A DNA stretch of 64,000 nt from Dicyema japonicum (taxonomy: Eukaryota > Animalia > Dicyemida): NCBI GenBank assembly GCA_011109175.1, contig RDEW01000020.1, forward strand, positions 490,514 through 554,513, in the 5' to 3' direction. The first letter of the stretch is position 1. Each line of letters begins with the position of its first letter. The translations under genes and the position numbers were made by a program. The notes under the pieces were generated by a model, which made no database searches, was not told the DNA's origin, and saw only the letters and a list, made by a program, of their open reading frames with translations. Of the stretch, positions 46,879 through 59,968 are shown in pieces.

Positions 46879-49012
46879 TTAGAGTTCGTATACATTCTCA
46901 TATACTTCGTTTATCTCGCTGTTATAATAATTATCTGATCTCCTTTTTCTCCAAAATATATATCCTCCAAAAGCAATCAAAAGCACAACAATAAAAGTAC
47001 AGAAAAATATCAGAATAACAATACTACTCAACTTTGACTCAAATGACGATATTCCTGTTGTTTTGGTAGTTTTTGTGTTTTTCATGTCATATTTGAAATA
47101 TAGAATAAAGTAGTATCTAAAGGTTGAATTTTTGTGAGGAATATTTTATCACGAGTGTATAATCCTCTGGTAGTTGAGTTATTATGAGAGATCCAGTTTG
47201 GGGGTCAAAGTCAAAGTATTTATGAGATTCGTCTGAAATATAATATCTCAAATCGGCGATTTCCTTAGAGACTGATTTGGCTGTATTCACAATACTGTAG
47301 TTAACCATCATACGACGAGTGTCAAAAACAGTACCAGGTTCCACATAAGACCCAAAATAGTTATATTTAAACATATTTGTGATGTTTATGACTTTAACAA
47401 AGCAATTTGTTTGAGTGAATAGTTGTTGTGGTCCTGAGTCATAAGCCTCAATGATAACATTATATATTGTTTCTTTGGTTATTTCTCTTATTTGTATAAA
47501 CTATTCCTGTATTTGAATCTATTTTGAATAAATTGTCAGTGTTATTCTTTGAAGGACAGTCAATAATACTCAATTCATTGATTGTATGTATTCTATATTT
47601 GACTTGGGAGATTTCTTATGAATCACTGTCTTCTGCTTTTATAGTGAATAATGATTGTTCTGATGGTAAGTTTGCCATAATATATTGTCCACATGTTTTT
47701 TTCATGAATATTGGTGGATTGTCATTTACATCCAGTATAACAATATTTTTTGTAGTTTTTTTGTTATTAGTTGTTAGTGTTATCGACATATTAACATTAT
47801 TTTCAGTCTCATAATCAAATACTCTGTTTGATAATGCATTATATGAATGTTTATCGTAAATAAAATTAGATGTATTATGGATATCCCAGTCTTCGTTAAT
47901 TCCAATATCAACTGATGTTTTAATTGGCATTTTTCATAAATTTTTAGATGCATAGCCTTTTCTAATATGCTTTTAGAAATAATCTAACAATAATATTAAT
48001 AATATACTGTCAAGTTTGTTATGTAAACATCTTGTCCTCTATCCCATGAATAAGGACACCCATCATCAGTTAATTTAATACATGTAATATTAATAGTTGT
48101 GACGGGAATCACACTATTATAGTCATTCACATACACATTGTATTCATTCTTTACTGATAAACTCAAAACTAATTGCACGTGAGTTTGCAATACATGAAAT
48201 TGTATCATTGGCTGTAGCAGTTGAAGTCTCCAGTAATGAAGTGGTCTTATTAACAACAAAGTATTGGATTTGCCCTTCCATGAGAATACTACATCTCCCT
48301 TTGCAGTCACATTGTTGTATTTGGGGATTGGGTAGTTAATTTTAACATCAACGTAATTGAGATGTTCAATGTATAATTGTCAATGGCAATAATTCTGAAT
48401 GATATCTTAGTGGGTTTGAAATTTATAAGTGATTTTAAAGTTAAGTTTGTATTATTTTCAATTAATATAAAATTATTGTTTCCAAATAATATGTAATGAA
48501 TAGTATCATATTTGTCAGCATCTGTGGCTTTAGGGATTGATAAAGTTGTCCCAATATTCAAGTCACTAACATTCCAATATATTACTCGACTATTAAACCT
48601 CGGTCTATTATCATTTATATCCAAGACCTATTATGTTTTATTTAACTGAGTGTATACCTTAACTATCAGATTTACCACTATTGTTTTAGATCCTTTATAA
48701 AGATATATTTAAATCTAAGTTCGTCATTTATAATTGGCATTTGAAAATCGTAGTCGATTCTTGATTTTACCTAAAATATTACAAATAAACACAAACTTTA
48801 ATATTGTTTGAGCTGTCTAAATAAAAATATAAGTATCAAAAACAATCTATAGCCAGAGCAATTAATGGCCAGATCATTGCAGAAATTGCCAATAGTATAT
48901 CCAATGGGTAATTCCTCCTTGATGGTGTAATGAACTTGGTATGAATATATTAGGGGCATCCATATCATCAGCATTAATGCATTCTACGTTACTACTGATA
49001 ATAACAAACCAT
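46879..49012 (-). CDS. Protocadherin-like type I membrane protein with tiny introns; some frame breaks unresolved
   Basis: ATG, then a 26-nt intron (48984-49009), signal peptide NALMLMIWMPLIYS, HYTIKEELPIG; DINDNRPRF, ATDAD, FDYET, DVNDNPPIF, AEDSD; TM IVILIFFCTFIVVLLIAFGGYIFW; short tail ending NEVYENVYEL. Confidence 0.85.
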
Positions 49013-49174
49013 TCCTTCTATGTAATTATATCACATAAAGTCGCAAACAATATTAAATACAACGATAAAACCGCAACATTATCGTGGTTATTCCTATAAT
49101 CAAGTGTTAACGTTATATTCACAATCAGGACATTTATTCCAAGTTTTTAATAATTAACACAGCCAACCATCCAC

Positions 49175-49615
49175 AGTGGACCCCGCCGACATTATCGATG
49201 TTGCGTTGCCTCTCACGATTGCATCTGAAATAAACTGGAGAAGCCACCGGATTTTACGTGCATCGTGGCTTTTTAGTGTAGCTAGGCGTCCAAGTTTTTT
49301 TAGAAAGCGAAGCGATTTTCCACATATTCCTTAAGTTGTCTCGACCAAAATGGGATAGAAAGTGAACCGATCGTGCAATGCTTCATATTTTTTCTCCTTT
49401 GCTTTCATTGTTTTTTTCCGCGGCGCTCCCGACAATTTTGGATGGGAAAAGTGGGTCGATACAAGTGGCATCTCATACCAAAGGTTTTCCCTTTTCGAAT
49501 GGGAAAATTGTGATCCCATCGGGACGTTTTCCGTCTCCTCTGTCCAGACCAACAGGTTCAAGTATGGGGGTAACGCAGACTCAAGGCTCGTTTGACAATT
49601 CCGTTGATCTCCTTC
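49175..49615 (-). mobile_element. CRE-like 3' fragment
   Basis: Near match to 29130-29590 ([20 protein letters not shown]). Confidence 0.85.
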
Positions 49616-50139
49616 CATATCAATTTATATTAAAATAACAAATTTACTGGAATTAAGATATGTAAATGAAGATTATAATATTATAGGGGATGATCTGATT
49701 AACTCCAATATTAATTAAGACTCAAACTCCACAATTCAATCAAATTTGCCACAAATTATAACTTTAATGGTTAGTGGTGTCTTCAATTTATGGCATTAAA
49801 GAAAAAAATATTGTTTTACATATTAATCATAATCTTTATTTATAACCTTTTAGATCGGTTGACGTTCCGCGCTGTTTTTGTTGAGACAACTGGAGGCATA
49901 AGTTGTAAATCACTGTTTTTTAAGAAACTGGATACACTCAGAAGCCCAGTGGTTCCTCTCGTGAGAAACAAATGGTTAGAATGATTTTTTGTTTGGTCGG
50001 CGTTGAGAACAGCAGGAATGGTTATTCTTGGTCTTCCTTAGAATTTCGGGGATTCCTCCGTGAAATACACTTCCATTGCATAATTCAGTGGAGTTATAGG
50101 GTCAAGGCGCATTGTGTCAAAGTTTCCATTGATCTTCGA

Positions 50140-50395
50140 AAATATAGCCGCGTGTTGCAGTATGGTGCTTTGTGAAGAGTTGGCTAAAAATTTATGTTCC
50201 GTCATTGGATCCACCTTACTAAGGAGACGCCCAATACCTAATCGGCATCAAAAAGATACAACTATTCTTTTCACCGGGAGACAATTTAGCTTTATCTTTC
50301 CTGATCTACTGGTCGGGTTTTCACAATATCGAATATGGAGGAGATGCTAGGAAAAAACTTGGAAACTGGATATACCTTACTTAGACCTTGAATAA
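50140..50395 (+). mobile_element. Short non-autonomous retroposon (structured-head family), decayed
   Basis: GTCATTGGATCCACCTTACTAAGGAGACGCCC..GGCATCAAAAAGAT and GGAAACTGGATA are shared with the 16885 and 15141 copies. Confidence 0.65.
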
Positions 50396-50439
50396 CTCTT
50401 GGCTTTTTACGGACAAAAACTTCATTGGAACTCATAGTA

Positions 50440-51760
50440 GAGGAAGAGAAATTCTAATGCCACTGCACTCGCAGGATTCTGCTGTGCATTTGACTTCTTT
50501 TTGTGCAAAACGGTGTTCAAACACCCCGCAAGGCACGTGACGATAAAAAAATCGGAATAATGAGATAGTTCCGATTTACAATCAAATTGATTATATACTG
50601 TGTAAGCGTGAATTCAAGTGCATGCTTATGGACTCGCGATCTTATGGACGCACTATTTTACTAAGTGATCTTAAAGCGGTCATCTCTAGCTTTAAACTAG
50701 GAAGAAGTCAAGGAGTGATTAAGAGAAAACAAAAAAAACAACTCTGGAAGATTGCCGGTGGAAAGTCTGAACACAAAAGCGTCACTCGCAAAAGAATTGC
50801 TGATAAATGGACGTCTTCGTCTCAAAATTGGACATGAGAGGCTCATCAAGTCAACACAAAAAAATTTGAGACTCCGGGCTGAGAATACAAAATGTCCAAA
50901 AATAAAGCATTATTAAAAGAAAAAAAGAACTTTACCCTGCTGAACATAAAGAAAAGAGTACGCTTGCACCATGAAAGGACACATGAACTGTACGCAGAGG
51001 AGGTTGAAAAACTTAATTTTGCCCCGAAAATGTTCAGAGCAATCCGGCATTTAAACAGAGTGGATAAACCTAAAGGATTGATTGTGAATGACAAAAATGG
51101 AAGATGAATATTAGAAAAAATAAGTTGCAGAAAATATTACTGATCACTTTTAATTGCTCTTGAGTAGTGACGACGAACGCATAACTCAATTTGTATGACA
51201 CCCCAGATCTTTGACAAAGCCAATTACGGTGGCGGAGATACAAACGGCTCTGCAAAATCTGAACAATAATAGAAGTCCGGGCATTGACTGCATCAACAGG
51301 GAACTTATACAGAAACCTGGGAAATCAAACAACTATACGGAAACTACTATCTCTGATTGTTCTGGATAGGATTTCTCCTTCTGTTGACGAATATCTGTCT
51401 CTGGGCCAAAGTAGATTTAGAAGAGTAAGATCCACATAGATGAATATGCGCCATGACACTGAGATTCCAGAAGGCTGTTTCACGTACTGGGGATTGATCT
51501 CTCCGAGCGTTCGATACTCTACGCAGAGGGAAACTAATGTTGTTACCTGGTATGTTGCTGGACGAGGACAGTCAAGGGATGATTGGGTCCTACTTGCGGA
51601 CACTGAAATACAAGTATGGGTTGGTTCAGGAGCGATCTAGTAAATTTGAGACACATATTGGGCACTCCTCAAGAAGATTCTTTATCGCCATACTATTTGT
51701 TATCTATCTGGAAGCCGCCCTTCGGTACCTACGAGCTAATACTGCGGCCGACTTTCTAGT
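50440..51760 (+). mobile_element. Highly decayed RTE-type LINE
   Basis: YNQIDYILCK, LNNNRSPG and LFVIYLEAALR motifs. Confidence 0.75.
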
Positions 51761-52159
51761 GTGGATTTGGAGCATTCATAAATTGGATCCAGTTTTGTTA
51801 AATGGGTTTTTGTTGACTTTCCTTTGAGGAGTTTGATGTAGAGAAGATGGAAGAGTTACGAATGGACAGATCTTGAGAAGGAAAAGTTTTAACAACATAC
51901 GTTGCAACGTACAGTGATGGATGCCGGTCGGTAGGAAGACAGGCAGTTTGGTGGTTTGTTTTTCTTCGGGATAGGGTTTATCAGTGATTTCTTCCATATC
52001 CACGGAATCTTGTTCTTGTTTATTGAGAAATTGAAAATTTGTGTTAAATCATTGTGGATATTTACATTTGCTAGTCTACTAGTCTCTTATTTCCTAAGAG
52101 ATTTAATAGTATAAATAAGTGTCATAAAATTTAAATATCTCAATTTTGAGTTCTTAATT

Positions 52160-52795
52160 ACATTGAACAGGGATTTGCCTTTTATGTTAATTGTCAATTC
52201 CTATATTCCACCACAAGGATCCTCGCCAAAATCCTACACCCCAAATATACCCCGCCTCTCAATACTAAAGAACGCTCTAATATGCGGCGACCTAAATTCC
52301 CGATACCCCGTTTTGCTAGCTTCACAGTCCTCTAACAGCCGAGGCGAGTTCACCGCAAATGGTCGTATTTGATATGTTTATCCTGAATGATCCTAAATTA
52401 CACACAATAACACCTTTAAGGAGCACTGATAGCTGCACTTCTGATTTAACTTTATGTTCATTCTCTTTAGCAGGAATGGTGATGTGAAATATGGCTTTTC
52501 CATAGACCATAATCCCATCATTCTTATGTTAAGAGGATTTCGGAGACGCCGGATATTGCTAACTAAAGTGAAAAGTTTCAAGAAAGTTGACTGGTCAGGC
52601 TTCTCTGACTTTGTCGACCTGGAATTGGTCAATGGACTATCATCCCATATACGTTCGATAGATGAAGCTGCAAAAATCATAAGTGTGGCCATTCAAAAGG
52701 CTGACAACATATTTATTCCTCTCTCATAATACACGAATTTTATACCCTCAATTCCGGACACTTACATTCATAATCGAAGAAGATATTGTCCCTCC
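52160..52795 (+). mobile_element. Ingi/Vingi-like APE fragment
   Basis: NSYIPPQGS, CGDLNS, DHNPI, KKVDWS. Confidence 0.8.
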
Positions 52796-54065
52796 TTAGT
52801 ATTGAAGGCGTTCTTGATGTCCTGTTTTGAACAAGACATGTCCCCGGGAATCCTTTATACTGTGGTTTATGATGTACTCACTGAATGGACATCCCAAGTG
52901 AATACCGACGCCTACTTGGGGGGGTTCAAGAATTTTGTGACAAGTGGAGTAGAATGTCTGGAGGCAATTTAGCAGCCAGTCTCCGAAGACAAACCCGACC
53001 GCAACTGGTTGTACTCCGCCTTCCTTCTTATCAAAGGCTATCAAATTGACGGAGAACAGGACATGGCGGATAACTTCAGGAAGAACTCCAGACAGGATCC
53101 GGTTCATAAGTTAAGTTATTGAATTCGTAAGACGGAGTCCCTGGTCGCCTACGGACAAAGAGGTTAGATCTTACATATAGCCAGGTCTCATTCCGTCGAG
53201 CCCGCCACTGCTACTAGGGGCAAAATTCCGTATTGCGAGGAGAACTTCATCGTTTGATGGAATCAGGGGACTCACTCTGGATGGGGGAGCGACCGGGCTT
53301 GGGTTTTGGGGTGGCAGAAAAAGCTTATTCAGTAAAATATTGTAGGCGTCGGGAGTCGGTTTTCGCGGTCCACTTGAAGAAAGTGACATGATGGCTACAC
53401 GGTACCACTTTCGATTAACTTCGACCAAGCAGTTTTCTTGAGACAGAGCATTTCGATTTCCTCGTTCGGACTATGTGTCTCCCTCGTACGGTTAGAAGCC
53501 ATGGGACAACTGGGGATGTGGATTCCTCCCAAAAAAGAACAAATGTTGGTCCTCATGGTGGTAGGGAGAGACTCTTTTCCGTGACCATCTCGATCAAGTC
53601 CCAGTGCGGAAGACGCAACACTGAATAAGTACATCCAATCATGTAATGCTTTAGTCGGAGAACATCTTTGATCGATTTGGAAAGGGCCTTCGCAGCGACA
53701 GGTCGTACGGCCTTGGGGATTCTCATAGGAATAGTCCGTGAAGAACGTAACTCAGAGATGAGTTGATGGGTAATTAACGGGAGAGTTAACATTGGCGAGG
53801 GCACGGGGAACTTCCTTGCATTGGCCAAGACATGACTTGCAGTGCATACTCCAAGCACGCTCGCTGCGGTTTGGGATAGCTTGATACACATGAGGTGGAA
53901 GAAATCTTCACAAACAGAGCAGGAGATCCCACGCTTCGAGTTCTGACAAGCCGACAGGACGAACACATCTCAGATGACTTGGCTGGTGCCTTTTTTCTTC
54001 GAAGCGGGAACATTCTTTTCAGGTGCTTTTCTCACGACAGGCATAATCACAACAAACGACCGTCA
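52796..54065 (-). mobile_element. Third CRE-like family, 5' half (PHD and RT start)
   Basis: CQNSKRGISCSVCEDFFHLMC, RIPKAVR, SSGGLDGMRPG, LIAFDKKEGG. Confidence 0.85.
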
Positions 54066-54473
54066 CAAAAATTTAAATATAACTCATAGTTGATTATATT
54101 CAATAGTCCAGTTATTTGGAGGTAAAACTCATGTTATTTGAACTGTCTCGATTATTAAATTTTTGACAAAATCTTCTATTTTCAGATATTATTTTAGAAA
54201 TAATCGTGTATTATCTAAACTACATCAAAATCACAACGCTATAACTATAAATATTTTCTAATTCCATATACATTACCAATAATTTAAACTCAGTCACATA
54301 TCCATGATTAATCTGAACATATATAATTAACCTTTCCATTTCATTAACATGTTTGCAAACAAACTCACAAACATTAATATATTGAATAATGTGTTACGTT
54401 AATAATAATCATTACTACTTTAATTATAACCTCTCATTTAATTTTATATGAGTAGTTAATAAAGAAAATACTT

Positions 54474-55212
54474 ATAAACTATAAGGTACATTAAGGTCTG
54501 TTGAGAACACTTTATCTATATGACTCCAGGATATATCATCTCTCTCCATCTTCCAGACTTTAATAAAATAAGAATAGACTTGTCCAACATTTACAATATT
54601 TTTTACCACAACTACAGTTGCTGATGGCATCATTCAGAGTTTGTAAAGCATTCCTTATATATTTAGGTTTATATACTCCTAGGCTATTAATTATTAAACA
54701 AACTTACGAGTAGTCAAAGAAATTCATGAAACTTGCTGACCCAGATCCAATGCCTTTTCCACAGCTTTTGGATATTTTTCTAAATTTGTCGATCTTTATT
54801 ATATCGAATCCAGAGTCAATCTTTCCCGCTAAAAGGACCTCCTACACATAATATTCACATTTACTGTAACGCGGCATCTGTGCTGCATATAATCACGTAT
54901 TTTCTCTGCTAATTGATTTACATTAATGTGGTAACTATTTCTTACAAAAAATTCACTTTTTCTAAGTTTACAACAAAAACCTCTCAAATGAGTTGATTTT
55001 GGAACATAAATCTGAAACCTCAATTTGTGGACCAGCAATTCCAACTGCAATATCCACAGTGACTTGTATCATTCTAAAGCACTCTGCTTTCATAACTAAA
55101 ATAGAATTATCCCATTACAGTGAGATATATCATTAATAGGGAGAGAATCAGTACAAATCATTACTCCATTACCATATTTGAAGGCCACAATTGTTAGTGT
55201 GTAATCCTTCAT
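54474..55212 (-). CDS. Highly divergent proteasome beta-type subunit (beta4/PSMB2-like), with introns; 3' structure uncertain
   Basis: MKDYTLTIVAFKYGNGVMICTDS, MIQVTVDIAVGIAG, RNSYHINVNQLAEKIR..VNVNI and KGIGSGSA follow the Ntn-hydrolase beta-subunit pattern. Confidence 0.55.
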
Positions 55213-55712
55213 ATTGTAATTATTATTCAATTTTAATATGTATTTAATTTATGTTAAATTTATTTATTTTTTTTAGGTTAAATTTATTTATTTTTTAGGT
55301 AAACAAAAAATTTTTTTAACTTCCTCCAAGCTCCGCGGTTAAATTTATTATATAAATAATTTTATATTAAATTTATATTTCTAGAACATGGTAGTGCAAC
55401 TACGTTGATTATTTAGATCTTTAAGGAATTATTATATTTAAAGGGGATAAGTGAACAAATATATTTGTGTTAGAATTTATATCTTTGGAAAACTTGCCAA
55501 GAATGATCTCTTTTAAAACCGCATATGTAGCATTATTGTTACTATAATTATATATAATTTAATTTAGGAAGCTCTCAAAGGTCCAGCAGAGAGTGAGTTT
55601 CAGCAATTATATATTTATTTCTAATAATTGACCTATTAGTGGATAAATTACAATTTGTATGAATACTTGAAAGTAAGTTTTTAAGCAAATAATTGATGAG
55701 ATGTTCATTATT

Positions 55713-58712
55713 ATTAATAGCACTTTCGAAGAACCAAAAATGTAATTTATTTAATTAAGGTTCCGCTTGTGCCGTATTTTTTTTCAGGTTATTTTTTTCC
55801 CACAATTCTCTTGACCAACTTCCTCCAAGCTCCGCGGTTACAGGCAGTTATTCCGAGCGTATCCAGATCATCTCCAGTTTTCAGCTTTCGTCCTACATTG
55901 GTCAGGTCCTTGTGTAGAACCTCTGGCAAAGTTATGCGAGGTCTCCCACGGAACGAGGCAGAAGTAGTTATCCATAGCTATTTTAGCAGGCGTCATCTGG
56001 CTCATTCGAAGGATGTGACCAAACAGACGGCATCTTGATTCCAGTATATCCAGACTCAATGGTCTTGTATTACATACTTTGTATAGATTCTTGTTTGTAA
56101 TTTTTTTCGGCCAGTTGATGCCAAGCAACAGTCGGAGTTGCTTACGATGGAAGGCATCTAGTTTGTCCATTACCGCTTCTGAGACACCCCAGGTTGCAGC
56201 GTTGTACATTAGGACTGGTTTCACGAAGGCATTATATAGTCTCACACGTAATTGTGTGCTAATTTGTTTACGATGATTCCGGACTACTCCCATTTTTCTA
56301 AAGGCCGCGACGGACAACATCTTCTTGTTGGTGATATCCTCAGCGTCTCCGAGCAACGACTCCAATTTTTTACAGTATCTCCATTTTTCATCAGTTCGGG
56401 TTAGTTCACGGCGTATGGTAATTGTCTCCGTCTTTTCCGTATTGATTTTGATAAACTATTTTTCTAGGACATCTGGCATCCTTGTCCGTATATAGTTTAA
56501 TGTTTTCTCGTCGCTGGATATATAGTCGATATCATCTGCATAAATCACTTCAGTTTGAGGTAGATCGCCAATTAATAGTCTGAAGTCTCTGAGTGCCGCC
56601 TCCAGATATGTCACAAAAAGTACCGGTGACAAGGAATCACTTTGCGGTACCCCGAACGTTGTCTCGAATGGGACAGACTCCAAATTTCCAAAACGTACAA
56701 TTAGCTGCGTTGTTCCAAGTAATAGGCGGATCATTCTGACACTGTCCTCGTCAACCAACTTCTCCAAGATATCCAAAAGTCTCCCTCTGTGTATAGAGTC
56801 AAAGGCTTTGGACATGTCCATGCCAAGGATGTCAATAGCCCCTTGTACTTTTGATGTGTTGCACAAAGCCATCGATGTCCCCAGACCACATCAGCTGTAG
56901 ATCTCCCTGACCTGAATCCGCTTTGACCGTGAGAGAGAAAGTTTTCGATGTCAGATCCAATCCTGTTCAGCACTGTAAGTGATAGTGTCTTGCGTAGAGT
57001 CGTCAATAGTACGATGGGTCTTAAATTCGTTAAGGGGCCTTTAGCTTTACCCGGTTTTTGTAGTGCAATTAGTGTGCCATTACCCACATCCAGTGGTGAG
57101 TTGTATATGGTTGAGCTGGTGACGTGGCTCTATTCCACACATGTCTTTTTCGTGCTTTTCTTCGAGATCTTTCACTATTAGCTCGTTCAATGTAAGAGGA
57201 TTAAAGTCGGATACTAAGAGAAGAAATTTATGCGTGGATCTTGGATCGTACAAGGTAACCGTGGCGTGCTTACAGGAAACGAAAGTAAAAGGCGGACTAG
57301 ATGAAATCAACAATGATTTCCGCCTGATTCTGCACCCTTCGAATTGCCCACACTACGGCATGGGATTTGCAATACAAAAAGAACTGAACAATCGAATCCA
57401 CAAGACTGTGTTTTACAATTCAAATACTGTGAAAGGAACAATTCCATAATCTCCATTATTAATGTATATTCACCAACTTCGGTGAGAGTATCAATCATTG
57501 GAGACCAACTAGACGACTTCTATTCCTCCCTGTCGCAACTATATGCATCTTTGGAAACATCGTTCATGACATACATCGCCGGAGATTGGAATGCAAAGGC
57601 AGGACGTGGGAGTAGTCACGAAGAATTCATAGGAAGCCATGGAAGGGGGATCAGGAACCATTCTGGAGAATCGCTTATCGAATTTTGCAATACATTCAAA
57701 CTATTTCTATGCAACACTGCTTTCAGGCACTCAGCAAAACATAAGACGACATAGAGCTGCTACCGAAAGGACAAATCTGGGACTATCAAGCCTATATATA
57801 ACCAAATAGATTACATTATTTGCAAACATGCCTACAAGGCACTGCTAACAGATTCTCGGAGCTACAGTGGGACACTAGTAGATAGTGATCACAGATTGGT
57901 TGTGGCACGTTTCCTTTTCAAACGATATTTTGGGGTTTCCAAAGCGGCTGGCATGAGGATATCTGAGGGGAGGTTCGCAGTAGAGCAACTCTGCATGGTG
58001 GGACCGACTCGGGAAAGCTATCAAAATACATTGAGAGAAAAGATCAGAGAGTGGAATAAAGAAAAAATGCCTGGGGAGCTGTGGCAAGACACCATCGATG
58101 CAATAAAGTGCGCGGCCCATTCAACAGTCGGAGTAAAACCGAAGCATTTCAACGGGCACTATGACCACGAGCTTGAAGAACTATCCAAATTGCAGAGGAA
58201 CCTACGTTTACAGGTCGAAACCTGCCAGGACCAGGCAAAGGAACACACTCTAAGAGTCATGCGGAACCAAACCCTGTATAAAATAAAGAAAAGAACGAGG
58301 GAAATAAAGGAAAATAAACTTGCTGGAATGGCTAAAGAAGTAGAAAGACTCAAAAACGGAGCGCAGATGTTCAAGGATGTTCACTACTACATATAGACAC
58401 GCAGTCATCAAAAATCACAATACATGATCAGTTTGGAAAGACTATGTTAAACAAAAATGAAATTCTATTGGCCATATCCAGCCATTATCAGCAGGCCTTC
58501 AATGAAAACCACGGGGAAAAATCAAACAATTCGATGGTGAAGCACGAGAACTAAATATTCCGATAACGATTCTGGAAACAAAAAAAGCCCTGGACAAACT
58601 GAACAACAATAGAGCTGCTGGCCCTAACAACATAAATGCAGAACTTCTCAAATATGCACCGACCGAGATCTCTGAACTATTAACTGAGATATACAACAAA
58701 ACATTCAAATAC
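55713..58712 (-). mobile_element. RTE-type LINE with inverted 5' half (3' half on - at 55713-57096; 5' half on + at 57097-58712) and 14-bp TSD
   Basis: TSD AGATGTTCATTATT at 55699-55712 and 58713-58726. The halves join in frame as FKYRC|PLDVGNG, and the (TAA)n tail is at the left. Confidence 0.92.
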
Positions 58713-59129
58713 AGATGTTCATTATTCTGAAGAATAAAATGTTTAGAGTTAAGAATATTTATGTTAGATTTGGCATAGTTGGGTGCAAAAAATTGATATC
58801 CGTTTCGATGGTAAGATACTCGAGGGTTCTTTTTAGCACAACAGTTTGTATATGTGGACATTTCTTTGTCAGTAAAATTTGTTGAACTTGGTGACATTTC
58901 ATGTTATAAGGTATTTTATGATCATACAAATTAATTGTGTATATTACTTGTGTGGTCCAAATTGTAAGACAAGTACTGCCTTTATGAAAAACAAATAAAT
59001 TATTAGATTATTAATTCTCAAACATTATAATAACAAGGAATTGGTAATCTTATAATAATTAGTTTACTTGTAGGTGTACTTAGTCCCTGGTCTCATCTGT
59101 TTTGCTACTTGTTACTTAGTTATATATAT

Positions 59130-59390
59130 ATTGTATCATCGCTTGGCGCTATGTGGTGCTACGTGGTTAACTGGTTAAAATTTTCTGTATGTTTTGTATG
59201 TTCCTCCTCTTTCCTTCATATGAGTGTGGCGTCATGTTATCTACTTGCGCCCAGTGCAAGGCTGGCACGAAAAAAATTATTTGCTATTCCTCACTCCACT
59301 TGAGGGGTTCCCACAACTGCAAGGAATGGACGTCTTTTATTTTTATGCCGGTTCCGGATGGGCTCTGTTTCTATTAGTTATTAGTTGATT
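59130..59390 (+). mobile_element. Short non-autonomous retroposon (structured-head family)
   Basis: Collinear with 15141-15415 (TGTGGTGCTAC, GTGGCGTCATGT, GCGCCCAGT..GGCACGAAAAA, CCACAACTGCAA). Confidence 0.75.
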
Positions 59391-59968
59391 GAAAATGACT
59401 CCAAGAAGTTTGCGATGTTTCGTAACGGGGAGTGTGTGTCCATGAATTGTTTAAATTGGATAAAATTTTAGTTAGACGTTAATACAATGACGGTGATTTC
59501 GTAGGAGAGGGGGATAGGTGATATGCTCCAACCCACTATTCATTTGTTATGTTATTATGAAATTAATTAATATTATTAACCTAAGGCTTGCCATTGTAAG
59601 CCCAGCACAAACAGTCATAACTAACTAATTCAAGGAAGGAACCAAAAGGAGAACATCTGCTTGTGTCGATCAAATCCATCTTCTAAACCTTCATTACAGG
59701 CTTCTGGTTCCTAAGAGAGCTGGGGAAGTAGGTTTCCCCCTCTTCCATTTTTGTCCCACATCCTACCGTCGCGGATATCACTTCATTCTTTAGCGAAATA
59801 GTATTCATAATGCAATCTTCATCAGAGGATTTGGTCAGGAAGGTCCAATATGAAATTAATCATGAATCCTAATTCCAAAAATTTTAAAATATATTTTTAA
59901 TATTAAATTAAGTTTTTATTATAAAAATTTTTAAATTTAATAAATATTTAATTAACACGTTTAATTTG

